Shown here: in pieces, positions 46,860-57,451 of the stretch
How the letters are laid out: each line of letters starts with the position of its first letter
Position numbering within the stretch: position 1 is the stretch's first letter
DNA from: an uncultured Gemmatimonadales bacterium
GTDB taxonomy: Bacteria > Gemmatimonadota > Gemmatimonadetes > Gemmatimonadales > GWC2-71-9
Direction of reading: 5' to 3'
DNA length: 64,000 nucleotides
NCBI GenBank assembly: GCA_963842945.1
Contig: CAWJIM010000019.1
Coordinates: forward strand, 32,001-96,000
Program-made: the position numbers and the translations under genes
Notes under the pieces: model-generated
Database searches by the model: none
Seen by the model: only the letters and a program-made list of their open reading frames with translations
Told to the model about the DNA's origin: nothing

Positions 46860-47021
46860 CACAAATTGCAGTTTGGTAATCGCTTACGCGACGATCATTT
46901 AACCGGGGAAAAATCAGTTCGCTGCAGTAACTTCACTGGAGCGCATCTTCTCTTTCGCAAGCTGTCTCTCGGGATGCAGCAGTGGCGACAAGGTGTTGAG
47001 CAGCACTGCAAGTTCTGGCAG

Positions 47022-47480
47022 CTAGTACAGTTGGAGCCACGCCCGTTGCCCAATCGGCCGCAGAACCTGCGACCCTGAGGCAGAATCAGGCACCAGACGG
47101 GTTAGCAACCCGGTCATGCTCGTGGCCAGCTCAGCTCCGGCCCCATCGAGCCGAGTGGCCCGGCTCTGGATCAGGAAAAGATTATCGGCCAGTCGGGCGA
47201 CCTTCCGCTGCAACCAGAATCCCTGGCTGGGCGAGCCTGGTCCGAGATCCAGGGGCGCACCTCCGATCGGCAGCGCAAGCAGCGCCGGTCCAGAGACCTC
47301 CGACACAATGTGCCACAGCTCTCCCTGAGCGAGCTCTGACGCTTCAGTAACGAAGAGAATGTTCCTGCCGCTCTGCTGTTCCAGCAGTCCCACCAGGAAG
47401 TTGCCCGCCACCATGCCGCCGATGATGACGAGCGCAAACAGGGCAAGCGCCAGGGCCATTCCCCGTTCGTCCCGAGCCAT
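47022..47480 (-). CDS. PilX-like minor pilin
   Basis: DERG|MALALALFALVII prepilin-like leader lacking Glu5, typical of PilX/GspK; follows PilV- and PilW-like genes. Confidence 0.65.
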   Translation of the reverse strand: MARDERGMALALALFALVIIGGMVAGNFLVGLLEQQSGRNILFVTEASELAQGELWHIVSEVSGPALLALPIGGAPLDLGPGSPSQGFWLQRKVARLADNLFLIQSRATRLDGAGAELATSMTGLLTRLVPDSASGSQVLRPIGQRAWLQLY

Positions 47481-47484
47481 GCGG

Positions 47485-48324
47485 TCAGTATTGAGCATTC
47501 TTCAGCGCGATCTGCGTACTCAGCGCTTCGGTCAGCGGCTGGGCCGGAGAATTATCCTCGTTTGTGCTGGCCCCGCGGATGCTCACGGTAATGCTCTTGA
47601 CCAAACTGGGAGTTACGGTGGCCATCTGAGCGGCATCAGTGTAACTGAGACGGAACCCCTCAGCTGTTGCCAATGGTCCAAAGATCGGCTGGATGGCCTC
47701 GCCCGAGCTGATTGACCGCAGGCCCAGCCACCACTGCCCATCAGATTGGTATGCTGCGAGCTCCATTGGCTCGTAGATGCGTACCGGCGTACCAGCGGGT
47801 ACCGTACCAATGCCAGCCGGCAGCGTCAGGGAAATGGCTGGCACTCCTCCTCCGCAGGTGCTCGAGGACGATACGGCAATAATGCCGGCAGTGATCCAGG
47901 CGGAATCCGTCGGGGTGGGCATTCCCGAGAGGTAGAGCAGGGCGCTATCTCGACCCGCCTGCGGATCTCGATAGGCGAAAAAGGCGCTGCGGCTGATGCG
48001 CAGGAGTCCCGGTCCCGCCGTTTGGCAGGTGTAGCCGAAACCTCGCATGGCTCGGTAGGAGATGGCGTGGGGGCCCAGGCTGAGCAGATCGTTTGCGGGG
48101 CCGCTCCCGCCCGCCGCGGTGCTGAGCTCCCGCAACTCGTTGCCTGCCACGAGTGCAGCTCCGCGCACATTGGACTGAAGCGCAATGTGCTCTGCCTGAC
48201 TCCGGGTGAGACGGACCGTGCTCAGCAGCATGCGGTGCACCGATCCGCTGACCATGAGCAGCAGCACCATGGCCAACAGGGTTTCGGCCAATGTAAACCC
48301 GCGCCGGCCCCTGAGGATCAACAC
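47485..48324 (-). CDS. PilW-like minor pilin
   Basis: RRG|FTLAETLLAM class III signal; C-terminal SITVSIRG...LSTQIALKN. Confidence 0.75.
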   Translation of the reverse strand: MLILRGRRGFTLAETLLAMVLLLMVSGSVHRMLLSTVRLTRSQAEHIALQSNVRGAALVAGNELRELSTAAGGSGPANDLLSLGPHAISYRAMRGFGYTCQTAGPGLLRISRSAFFAYRDPQAGRDSALLYLSGMPTPTDSAWITAGIIAVSSSSTCGGGVPAISLTLPAGIGTVPAGTPVRIYEPMELAAYQSDGQWWLGLRSISSGEAIQPIFGPLATAEGFRLSYTDAAQMATVTPSLVKSITVSIRGASTNEDNSPAQPLTEALSTQIALKNAQY

Positions 48325-48686
48325 GGGATGCCGGTTTCCAGCACGGCCGAGCGACTGCCTCGAATGGTGAGGTATGAGACGCTGACCCGAACCTTCCGCA
48401 CCGGGCCTGCGGGATCGACGGTCCAGGACTGGCGCAGCCCGTCTTCCCAGACCGGCCCTCCGCTGCTAAAGCTGGGCGAGGTGCATCGGGGCGACGTGGA
48501 CGCTGCAGCCGTTCTGAGCTTTTCCACCCTGCGGGCAGCGAGCACCGCGGCATGAGTTTCCACTCTCCCCCGGCCAATCATTCGATTGACCATGGCGGAT
48601 GAGCCGCTAAGGGCGAGGATTCCAACGCCCAGGATGATGAGGGCCACCATAACCTCGATCAGAGTGAAGCCGGCGGTGGTTTTCAC
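48318..48686 (-). CDS. PilV-like minor pilin
   Basis: AG|FTLIEVMVALIILGVGILAL; KVRVSVSY. Confidence 0.8.
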   Translation of the reverse strand: MKTTAGFTLIEVMVALIILGVGILALSGSSAMVNRMIGRGRVETHAAVLAARRVEKLRTAAASTSPRCTSPSFSSGGPVWEDGLRQSWTVDPAGPVRKVRVSVSYLTIRGSRSAVLETGIPC

Positions 48687-48773
48687 TGCTCACCTCCACT
48701 GGTTCGACGTCACAAGGTGCGGCATTCCCCAGCTGATGCGGGTACCGGTTTCGTGCGGAGCGGGCTGAAGACG

Positions 48774-48923
48774 GGCGGAACGACGGAATGTAGGGAACGA
48801 CGGAACGACGGAACGATGGAGGACTGTGGAAACGTGGAGAAGGCGGAACGTGAGGACAGCAGCGGGAAGTGTCGGTTAACGTCCTTCCGACCTTCCGACC
48901 TTCCGTCGTTCCGTCGTTCCGCC
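48774..48923. repeat. Tandem-octamer (GGAACGAC) hairpin element
   Basis: Left arm GGCGGAACGACGGAA...GGAACGACGGAACGACGGAACG; right arm CCTTCCGACCTTCCGACCTTCCGTCGTTCCGTCGTTCCGCC; perfect 15-bp terminal inverted repeat abutting the regulator's stop. Confidence 0.8.
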
Positions 48924-50269
48924 TACGCCGCCGGTAACCGCCGAAGCTTGTAGAAGAGCGTGCGAAGGCTGATGCCCAGCAGGTTCGCTGCCTGCCGGCG
49001 ATTTCCCTTGGCGGCCTCGAGTGCGCGCTGAATGGCCGCCCGTTCCACCGCCTCGACCTGCGACTTGAGGTCGAGCGGCCCGGTGGGCGCGCCGTTTAGC
49101 GCCGTCGAGGTTCCCTCGGTCAGAGCGAAGTCCTTGCTGTCGAGCAGCCCGCCGGCGGACAGCACCGCGGCACGCTCGACGGCATTCCGGAGCTCGCGCA
49201 CGTTTCCAGGCCAGTTGTGGTGGGTCAGCGCGACCAGCGCGGCCGGGGTTACGCTGACCGGATGCCCCAACCGCTGGGCAACCTGGCGGGCGAAATGAGT
49301 GAGCAGCTCGGGAACGTCTTCCGGACGCTCGCGGAGTGGCGGAATGTGGAGCCGCACGACGTTCAGTCGGTAGTACAGATCGGACCGGAACTCCCCCCGC
49401 TCCACCGCCTGCTCCATGGGCTTGCCGGTAGCAGCCAGCACGCGGACGTCGATCTTCTTGGACTCGCGGGCGCCGAGTCGGCGGATCTCACCCTCTTCCA
49501 GCACCCGGAGCAGCTTGGCTTGCAGCGCCTGGGGCAGATCCGCGATTTCGTCGAGCAGCAGGGTCCCGCCGTTGGCGAGCTCGAAAAGGCCTGGATGATC
49601 CGAGGTGGCGCCGGTGAAGGCTCCCTTGGTATGACCGAACAGCTCGGATTCGAGCAGCTGCTCCGGAATAGCGGCGCAGTTGATGCCGGTGAAGCTGCGT
49701 TCGCCCCGGGGGCTCATCCGGTGGATGGCGCGGGCTATGACTTCCTTGCCGGTCCCACTCTCACCGGTGATCAGCACGGTGGTGTTGTGCCGGGCCACCC
49801 GGGCGGCCAGCTCGATCACGTCGCGCATGCCGCGACTCTGGGACACGACCAGATCGCCCACGGCGCCAATGCCCAGACTGGAGCGAAGGGCGTCAACCTC
49901 ACGCCGCAAGCGCTCCCGCTCCTCGGCCTTCCGAACGGTGAGAATCACTTCGTCGGGCTTGAACGGCTTCTGCAGATAGTCGTAGGCGCCTTCGCGCATG
50001 GCGGCAATGGCGGCGTCTTCGTCGCCGAAGGCACTCATCATGATGATCAGCGCCTGGCCGCTTTCCGCGCGATATCGCCGGAGAAAGGTGAGGCCGTCCA
50101 TTCCGGGCATCTTCACGTCGCAGAGGATGAGCTCGAATTCCTCCGCGATGGCGCGGGCGAGCGCCCGCTCGGGGTCGCCCTCGGCCTCTACCCCGTAGCC
50201 GGACTCGCCGAGCAGCAGCGCCAGCGATTGCCGGAACCCCGCGTCATCGTCAACGATCAGCAGCCGCAT
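48923..50269 (-). CDS. Sigma-54-dependent NtrC/AtoC-family response regulator
   Basis: REC (LIVDDD, DVKMPG, KPF), GESGTGKE, ESELFGH, GAFTGA, WPGNVREL, Fis HTH. Confidence 0.93.
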   Translation of the reverse strand: MRLLIVDDDAGFRQSLALLLGESGYGVEAEGDPERALARAIAEEFELILCDVKMPGMDGLTFLRRYRAESGQALIIMMSAFGDEDAAIAAMREGAYDYLQKPFKPDEVILTVRKAEERERLRREVDALRSSLGIGAVGDLVVSQSRGMRDVIELAARVARHNTTVLITGESGTGKEVIARAIHRMSPRGERSFTGINCAAIPEQLLESELFGHTKGAFTGATSDHPGLFELANGGTLLLDEIADLPQALQAKLLRVLEEGEIRRLGARESKKIDVRVLAATGKPMEQAVERGEFRSDLYYRLNVVRLHIPPLRERPEDVPELLTHFARQVAQRLGHPVSVTPAALVALTHHNWPGNVRELRNAVERAAVLSAGGLLDSKDFALTEGTSTALNGAPTGPLDLKSQVEAVERAAIQRALEAAKGNRRQAANLLGISLRTLFYKLRRLPAA

Positions 50270-51517
50270 CGGTCTCACCCGCGATTGGAAGAAATACCTT
50301 GAAGATGGCTCCACCTTCTCTCGCACGATCGACCCACACGGTGCCTCCGCATTCGTGCACCGTCCGCGCGACTATCGCTAATCCCAGTCCGGTGCCCTGA
50401 CCCGGATCCTTGGTGGTAAAGAACGGATCGAACACTCGCTCCCGGTCTTGCTCGGGCACGCCGGGGCCGTCATCGGCCACGTACAGCATTGCGCCGGGAG
50501 TTCCCGGTAACAGCTCTCGAGGCCGCGGCTCCGGCAACCAGGTGCGCTGGGGGTCCGGCTGATGCCCCTCGCCGTCGTCGCTCCGACTGGCCGTACGGCG
50601 CTGGCTCACCAGGACCTTGGGCAGCGTACCGACCACCACCCGCCCTCCGGGATTTGCCTGGCAGGCATTGACCACCAGGTTAACGATGACCTGTTCCAGC
50701 AGGTGCTGGTCACCTGGCACCAGGGGCACGCGTTGCGTCCAGCCGGATCTCGAACCGCTGTGACCGCAACAGTCCCTGAGCTTCCAGGAAGTCCATCACC
50801 TTCCGCACCGCGGCATTCAGATCCGTGGTCGCTGCGTCGCTGGATAGCGGCACCTTTAGCGGACCCGGGCCGGGCATAATCCACGAGACCTTGCACGATC
50901 CGTTCGATTCGATCGATGGCCTGGCGCATGTCACCGGTCACCTTCGGATCGGTCCCGCGCCGCTGAAGCACCTCGACGTATGTTCCGAGGGCGCCGAGTG
51001 GGTTTCGCACCTCGTGGGCGACGCCGGCGGCGAGTCGGCCGATTCCCGCCAGCTTCTCCACCCGGACCACCTGGCTCTGCGCGTCTAGCAAATTCTCCGC
51101 CATGATCCGATACCGCCCCGCCAGCAGCTCCAACTCGGCGGTTTCCTGGGGCACGTGGGCCGGAAACTGGCCGGTGGCGAGAGCATCGGCTTCGGCGGTG
51201 AGTCGCTGCAGCGGCCGGATGACCATCCGGTGCACGGCGTAGCCGCCGAAGAGCACGAACACCGTGGTGCTGCCCAGCCAAAGCGCCAGCAGCGGCCCCA
51301 GCAATTCCGCCAGGTCGTTGCCGGCGATGAGCACAGTGGTCAGCCCGGCCATGGCGACTGCCGACGAGGTGATGAAACCCAGCTCCACCACTAACGCGGT
51401 GCGGAGCGATACCCCTTTGCGCTTCGGCGGAACGTCAGCTTGCGTGACAGGTTCCGTGCTGCTCGCTGCTGCCAGGCCGCCCGGGAGTGGGGCGACCACC
51501 GGCGCTACGGCGTGCAC
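50250..51517 (-). CDS. HAMP-domain sensor histidine kinase (frameshifts ~50735-50830)
   Basis: Two closely spaced TMs, HAMP, EKLAGIGRLAAGVAHEVRNPL, NLVVNA, DDGPG, FDPFFTTK, GTGLGL; start region overlaps the pilin stop. Confidence 0.88.
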
Positions 51518-51894
51518 GCAATCTGGCCTTCAGCTGTGGCCGGGGCCGGCGCTGCCGCGGTGCCGACGAAGATCGAGCAGATGCGGCCGGTGGCGAAGTG
51601 AGTCGCGGTGGCGGCCCATCCCGCCGCCGACACGGCGCTCAGCGTGACCGTCACCCCAGGTGAGGTGTTATACGGCAACGTACCCGGCAACACACCGTTG
51701 TAGTACGTATTCGCGTTGGAGAAGTACCCTTCCTGCGCCGCCAGCAGGTTGTGCAGGTCTCCCCGCATGGAGGTGACGATCGCCCGCTCCTTGCCGTTGG
51801 CGAATTTGGGCACGGCGATGGCCACAAGGAGTCCGATGATCACGACCACGATCAGTAGCTCGATCAGCGTAAAGCCCTTGCTGTCGTACCTCAT
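51505..51894 (-). CDS. Type IV pilin (second copy)
   Basis: KG|FTLIELLIVVVIIGLLVAIAVP; C-terminal Cys pair. Confidence 0.9.
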   Translation of the reverse strand: MRYDSKGFTLIELLIVVVIIGLLVAIAVPKFANGKERAIVTSMRGDLHNLLAAQEGYFSNANTYYNGVLPGTLPYNTSPGVTVTLSAVSAAGWAATATHFATGRICSIFVGTAAAPAPATAEGQIACTP

Positions 51895-52004
51895 CGGTGT
51901 CCCCTGGTGCGAGAACTGACGCTGATTACTCCATGATCCAGCTGACGCCCTACACCCTCTGGTCCGTTACCCAACCATCATCGGTTATGCGGTGGCAGGT
52001 GGAG

Positions 52005-52037
52005 AAAAGGGCGGCGACCGCTAGGACACCGCCCTTT
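52005..52037 (-). terminator. Rho-independent terminator after the major pilin gene
   Basis: Stem AAAGGGCGG/CCGCCCTTT with a T run on the minus strand, ~33 bp after the pilin stop. Confidence 0.65.
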
Positions 52038-52069
52038 CCCCCTACACTACGCTGCCTGTGGCGCTCAGC

Positions 52070-52501
52070 TTAGTAGCAAGCCGGCGCGCCTTCGGTGACT
52101 ACAGCCGCGTTCGGAGCGGCGGCCGAACCCACGTAGATGCCGCAGGTCTGGATGGCGCCCTTGATGGAGGCATTGGTGGCCGTCGCATTCCAACCAGCGG
52201 CGGTACAGGCACCCACGACCACGGCGTTACCGCTGGACGGCTGGAAGGCAACCGTACCACCGCAAGCACCACCCGCCACAGTGTTGACCTGAGCGGCGCC
52301 CAGGGCGGTGGAGTAGGTCTGGTTATCGCTGAAGAACCCTTCCTGCGCGGTAACCAGGTTACGCAGGTCCGACTTCATGCTGGCAAGAATCGCCTTCTCC
52401 TTCGTGTTGGCGAACTTCGGAATTGCGATCGCGGCCAAAATGCCGATGATCACGACCACGATCAACAGCTCGATTAGGGTAAAGCCCTTGCGGTTGCTCA
52501 T
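52070..52501 (-). CDS. pilA: Probable major type IV pilin
   Basis: MSNRKG|FTLIELLIVVVIIGILAAIAIP; GGAGG RBS; own sigma-54 promoter and terminator; four Cys. Confidence 0.85.
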   Translation of the reverse strand: MSNRKGFTLIELLIVVVIIGILAAIAIPKFANTKEKAILASMKSDLRNLVTAQEGFFSDNQTYSTALGAAQVNTVAGGACGGTVAFQPSSGNAVVVGACTAAGWNATATNASIKGAIQTCGIYVGSAAAPNAAVVTEGAPACY

Positions 52502-52581
52502 TACTTCCTCCGGTTGAAGTGGTGCGCGGTCATCGGTGATACGGGATCGCTGAACACGTGGTGTAACCGGCAGCGGGTAAG

Positions 52582-52596
52582 GCAACACGTATGCCA
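52582..52596 (-). promoter_or_regulatory. Sigma-54 -24/-12 promoter of the pilin gene
   Basis: Minus strand TGGCATACGTGTTGC (TGGCA.-N5-TTGC), ~80 bp upstream of the start. Confidence 0.75.
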
Positions 52597-52995
52597 CCCC
52601 CCCTCCCTGATGTTCAACGTGCATCCACGCCGCCAGTTAACCATTGCTTGCACTAGCGAATGCAAGAATTTCTGCCGAGCGCGGAGGCGGATTCTGCAAG
52701 AGCAGCCGATGGCCAGGTGGAGTGACGGAAGTTGCCTTGCGTCGGGCATTTGGTCGCATCCTTTCCGTGCCACGCTGAGCCAATTCACGGTTTGTCGCAT
52801 GGCCTGGGGAGAACGCCCGTGCCGCCGCGGTTAGCGGTACTGCGTCGGGCCGATCGAAATCGGGTCTCGCTACGAAGTCCTGACGCCAACATCACTTGCA
52901 ACCGACGAATGGGGAGTGCCAACTCTTGCATAGTTTTTGCCCGCCCGCCTCTCCACTCGCCGTCCACTTCCACCAGCTGGCCAGGGTTCCCCACG

Positions 52996-55900
52996 ATGAT
53001 CAAGGCTCTGTACTTCCTGTTCGTCCTGTCCGGTGCGGCCGGTCTGATCTACGAATCGATCTGGACTCGCTACCTCGGCCTGTTCGTGGGACACAGTGCC
53101 TACGCCCAAATCATCGTGCTGGTGATCTTCCTCGGCGGCATGTCGCTGGGCGCCTACCTGATCAGCCGCTGGTCCGAGCGGCTCAGGGAGCCCCTGTACG
53201 GCTACGTTGCGGTCGAGTTCGCCGTCGGTCTCATCGGGCTCTTCTTTCACGACATCTTCCGGTCTGTCACCGGTCTCGGCTTACCAGTCGGTCTATCCCT
53301 GCGCTCGCCGGATCCTGGATGTTGACCGTCGCCAAGTGGAGCATCGCCGGTCTGCTGATTCTGCCCCAGTCGGTGCTGCTGGGGATGACCTTTCCCCTGA
53401 TGTCTGCCGGCGTGCTGCGACTGCGCAGCCGCAAGCCGGGCCGGACGCTCTCACTGCTGTATTGCTCGAACAGCCTGGGAGCGGCGGTGGGCGTTCTGGT
53501 GGCGGGGTTCTATCTGGTGCGGCTGTCGGGATTGCCGGGAACACTGCTGTCCGCGGCCATGCTCAATCTGCTGGTCGCGGCTGCTACGATCGGTATCATC
53601 GTGGCGGCTCGCCGGGCCGGGGCGGGAGCGGAGTCGTCCTCCACTGGAGCAACGATGTCGGGCGGTCTGCAAGGTACCGGGCAAACCAGCGCGCTCCAGC
53701 GCCTGCTGCTGTTCACCGCGCTCGGTACTGCGGTGGCCTCCTTTCTTTATGAGATCGCGTGGATCCGAATGCTCGCCCTGGTGCTCGGCAGCGCCACCCA
53801 CTCCTTCGAGCTGATGCTCTCCGCCTTCATTCTGGGGCTTGCGCTGGGGGCCTGGTGGATTCGGACCCGAGCCGACCGCGGGATCGATCCATTTCGGACT
53901 CTCGGCATCGTACAATGGACCATGGGACTGCTGGCGCTCGCCACCCTGCCGCTCTACCTGGCATCGTTCGGCTGGATCGCTTCACTCCTTTCGACCTTTG
54001 CCCGCAACGATTCCGGCTATATCGGCTTCACCCTGGCGAAGTACGGCTTGTGCCTGGTCATCATGATTCCGGCCACCTTCTGCGCCGGCATGACCCTGCC
54101 GCTGATCACCCGGGCCTTGCTGAAGAGTGGGTCGGGAGAGAAGGCGATTGGCTGGGTATACGCCTCCAACACCCTGGGCTCGATCCTGGGCGCGACGGTG
54201 GGCGGCCTGGTGCTGCTGCCGCTCATCGGGCTCAAGCCGATGCTGATGACCGCCGCCGCGATCGATATCGGCATCGGGATTCTGTTGCTCTCGAAGACCA
54301 GGCTGGCCGGGTTTGCGCCCCGCCGAGTGGCCTTCGCGGCGAGCTGCTGCCGCCCTGGTACTGCTGGGGATTGTTGGCGGAGCCGTTCGCCTGGACCGGG
54401 CCCTGCTGTCCAGCGGAGTCTATCGGACCGGCGACGTCGGTGCTGCAGATGGCCGGGAGATTCTGTTCTACCGCGACGGGAGAACGGCCACCGTCACCGC
54501 CACGTACACCAGGCCGCAGGGCTGGCTTTCGCTCTCCACCAACGGCAAGCCGGACGCGTCGCTCACCTCGGCCTGGCTCCGGGGCATCGGCGACTGTGGC
54601 GACTCGAAGGTCCCGTTCATCGCCGATGCCGGCACCCAAAGCCTGGTACCCCTGATCACGTTGGCGTATGCGCCGCAAGCCCGGAATGCTGCCGTGATTG
54701 GCCAGGGCTCCGGCATGTCATCCCACCTCATCCTGGGCAGCCCCACTCTCAGGGATCTGGTGACGATCGAGATCGAGCCTCAGATGATCGAGGGGTCGCG
54801 GGTCTTCCTTCCTTATAACCGTCGAAGCTTCGAGGATTCACGCTCTCGGATCGTGATCGATGACGCCAAGTCCTACTTCGCCTCGGAGCATCGCCAGTAC
54901 GACATCATTGTCTCGGAGCCGTCCAACCCCTGGGTCAGCGGGGTATCGGGCCTTTTCACCACCGAGTTCTACCAGCGGATCCGGGGATACCTGAGTCCGT
55001 CGGGGGTGTTCGGGCAGTGGCTGCACGTGTATGAGCTGGATGACGCTCTGGTGTTGAGCGTGCTGTCGGCTTTGCATCAGAACTTTGCCTCCTACGAGAT
55101 CTATCAGGTCTCCCATGGCGACCTGCTGATCGTGGCGAGCAACCGGCCCACTCTGCCGCAGCCGGATTGGTCGGTGTTCAATCTGCATCTGATCAAGCGG
55201 GACCTCTGCCACTTCGCCCCGCTGACTCCCGAGGTTCTCAACGGGCTGCGCATCGCCGGCCGGGATGAGCTGGGGCCGCTGCTCCAGTCCTACGGCGCCA
55301 ACTCGGACTACTATCCGGTCCTCGATCTCGGCGCCGAGCAGCGCCGGTTCCGGCGGGACTTCGCCACCGGTCTGCCCAGCCTGTCCGCCGAATGGTTCAA
55401 TGTTCTGGCGTCACTCAAGGGGGGCCGCACGCCGCCGGGAAGCGAGCCGATGCCGGCCTTGCCCGAGAACCCGCGGGTTCGGGCCCGGTCGCTCGGCGCG
55501 CTCCTCCGCTCGCCCACCATTCTCCAGCCGAACGACACCGCGATGGGGCCGCTCAGCCGGGACGCGGTGTATCGCTGGCGGCTGTGGCAGGCCACGCTGT
55601 CGTCCAATCAGCCCCCCGGCAACTGGGAGCTCTGGCTGGATCAGGCCAACACCATCGATCGGCTGAGAAACGGTGGGACGGCGGGTGTCGCGGACGAGGA
55701 GTTCTACGCCAACCTCAAGCGTTATATGGATCGGTTCAACGCGCCACAGGTGGCACGAGACGTGGTGACCTTCCGGCATGCCGTGGCGTCATGGCGCTTT
55801 GCGGAAGCGGCCGAGGCGGGGGAACGGCTGCTGCCGGTGGTCACGTCTCAGCGGCGCTGGATCGGGGCGGACGAATTCCGGGACGGCCTGGTGCTGGCCA

Positions 55901-56052
55901 AGCTGCACTTGAGAGACGCCACCGGGGCTCAGCGCAGGTTCTATCAGCTCGCCCCGCTGAGTACCCGCAGCCCGGCCGATCTTCGGTCTCAGCTGCTCGA
56001 GGCCTACGTCACCACCGCCGCCCAGTCTCAGCCCAACGTGGCGCAGCGGTAG
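52996..56052 (+). CDS. Fused membrane (MFS-like) / spermidine-synthase-like SAM-binding protein (frameshifts ~53270, ~54345)
   Basis: LSGAAGLIYESIWTRYL, LLGMTFPL, LYCSNSLGAA, YEIAWIRML; then DGRTATV, NGKPDAS, VIGQGSG, IEIEPQM, DDAK, DIIVSEPSNPW, LFTTEFY. Confidence 0.85.
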
Positions 56053-56071
56053 TACGTGGGGTGACCTACCG

Positions 56072-57451
56072 CTAGACCTTCACCTCGACCTGCTCCTCGT
56101 AGCGGCTGAGCTTGCGGTAGAGAGTCGAGGGATCGATGCCGAGCACTTCGGCGGCGCGGGTCTTGTTTCCGCCTTCGGCCTGCAGCACCCACATGATGTA
56201 GGCCCGCTCGATCACCTCGAGTGTCGGATTTCGGTAGGACCGCTCGGCCACCAGCGGCTCCTTCCGCCGTTTGGTGATCCGCTCCGGCAGCGAGGCCGCC
56301 TCGATCAGGCTGCCCCGGGTCAACACCTGGGCATGCTCCAGCGCGTTTTCCAGCTCGCGCACATTCCCCGGCCATTCGTAAACCATTACCGCATCCAGAG
56401 CCTCCGCGGCCAGAGCCTTTGGCTCCGTCCCGGTCTCAGCGGCCAGGTTCTGCAGCAGCGCTTCGATCAGCAGCAGCAGATCGTCCCGTCGGTCCCGGAG
56501 CGGCGGCAAGTTGATGGCGATGACGTTGAGCCGGTAGAACAGATCGGACCGGAAGTTGCCGCGGCGGATTTCTTCTTCCAGCTCCCGGTTCGTGGCCGCA
56601 ATGATGCGGACGTCCACCGGGATCGGCTCGGTGGCTCCGACCGGAATGGCTTCACGCTCCTGCAAGACCCGAAGGAGCTTCACCTGCAGTGACGCCGGCA
56701 TCTCGCCGACCTCATCCAGGAAGAAGCTTCCTCCCCGGGCGGCTGCAAAGAGGCCCTGCTTGTCTCGTACGGCGCCGGTGAACGACCCCTTCACGTGGCC
56801 GAACAGCTCGCTCTCCAGCAGGTTCTCCGGAAGCGCGCCGCAGTTGATCGACAGAAAAGGGCCGTCGCTCCGGCTGGACAGGTTGTGGATGTATCGGGCG
56901 ATGACCTCCTTACCGGTTCCGCTCTCCCCCTGGATCAGCACCGTCGAGTCGGTCGGCGCCACGTGCTCGGCCAGCTTCAGCACATCGAGGAAGCGCTTGG
57001 ATTTCCCGATCGGCCGGGTGATCGTCGTCTTGTCCCGCCGGCGGATCTCCTGCTTGAGCTGGGTGTTCTCGACCTTTACCGCGCGGTACTCGCACGCCCG
57101 CCGGAGGATGGCCACCAGCTCATCGTTGGAGAACGGCTTCTGGATGTAGTAGAAGGCCCCGGAGTTGACGGCGCTGATGGCGCTTTGCAATGAGGCCTGG
57201 GCAGTCATCAGGATGACCGGGGTCATGGCGTCCTGCTCCCGAGCCGCCTGCAGAATGTCGAGACCCGATACCTGGGGCATTCGCACATCGGAGAGGATGA
57301 TGTCATGCGTTCCCGACCGGATCTGCTCCAGTCCGGCCCTTCCTCCCTGGGCGGTAGTCACCTCGAATCCTTCATTTCGGAGCAGGATTCTGAGGGTATC
57401 GAGGATCCCCGACTCGTCGTCGACTACCAGCACTGACGGCTTCTGGCTCAT
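56072..57451 (-). CDS. Sigma-54-dependent response regulator, PilR-like
   Basis: VLVVDDE, DVRMP, GESGTGKE, ESELFGH, GSFTGA, WPGNVREL, HTH; coupled to the PilS-like kinase near the pilin gene. Confidence 0.9.
   Translation of the reverse strand: MSQKPSVLVVDDESGILDTLRILLRNEGFEVTTAQGGRAGLEQIRSGTHDIILSDVRMPQVSGLDILQAAREQDAMTPVILMTAQASLQSAISAVNSGAFYYIQKPFSNDELVAILRRACEYRAVKVENTQLKQEIRRRDKTTITRPIGKSKRFLDVLKLAEHVAPTDSTVLIQGESGTGKEVIARYIHNLSSRSDGPFLSINCGALPENLLESELFGHVKGSFTGAVRDKQGLFAAARGGSFFLDEVGEMPASLQVKLLRVLQEREAIPVGATEPIPVDVRIIAATNRELEEEIRRGNFRSDLFYRLNVIAINLPPLRDRRDDLLLLIEALLQNLAAETGTEPKALAAEALDAVMVYEWPGNVRELENALEHAQVLTRGSLIEAASLPERITKRRKEPLVAERSYRNPTLEVIERAYIMWVLQAEGGNKTRAAEVLGIDPSTLYRKLSRYEEQVEVKV

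Noticed and set aside
52756..52772. Second sigma-54 promoter upstream of the pilin (TGGCACGGAAAGGATGC)
   Set aside because: GG-to-GC spacing is 2 nt too long for a -24/-12 promoter.
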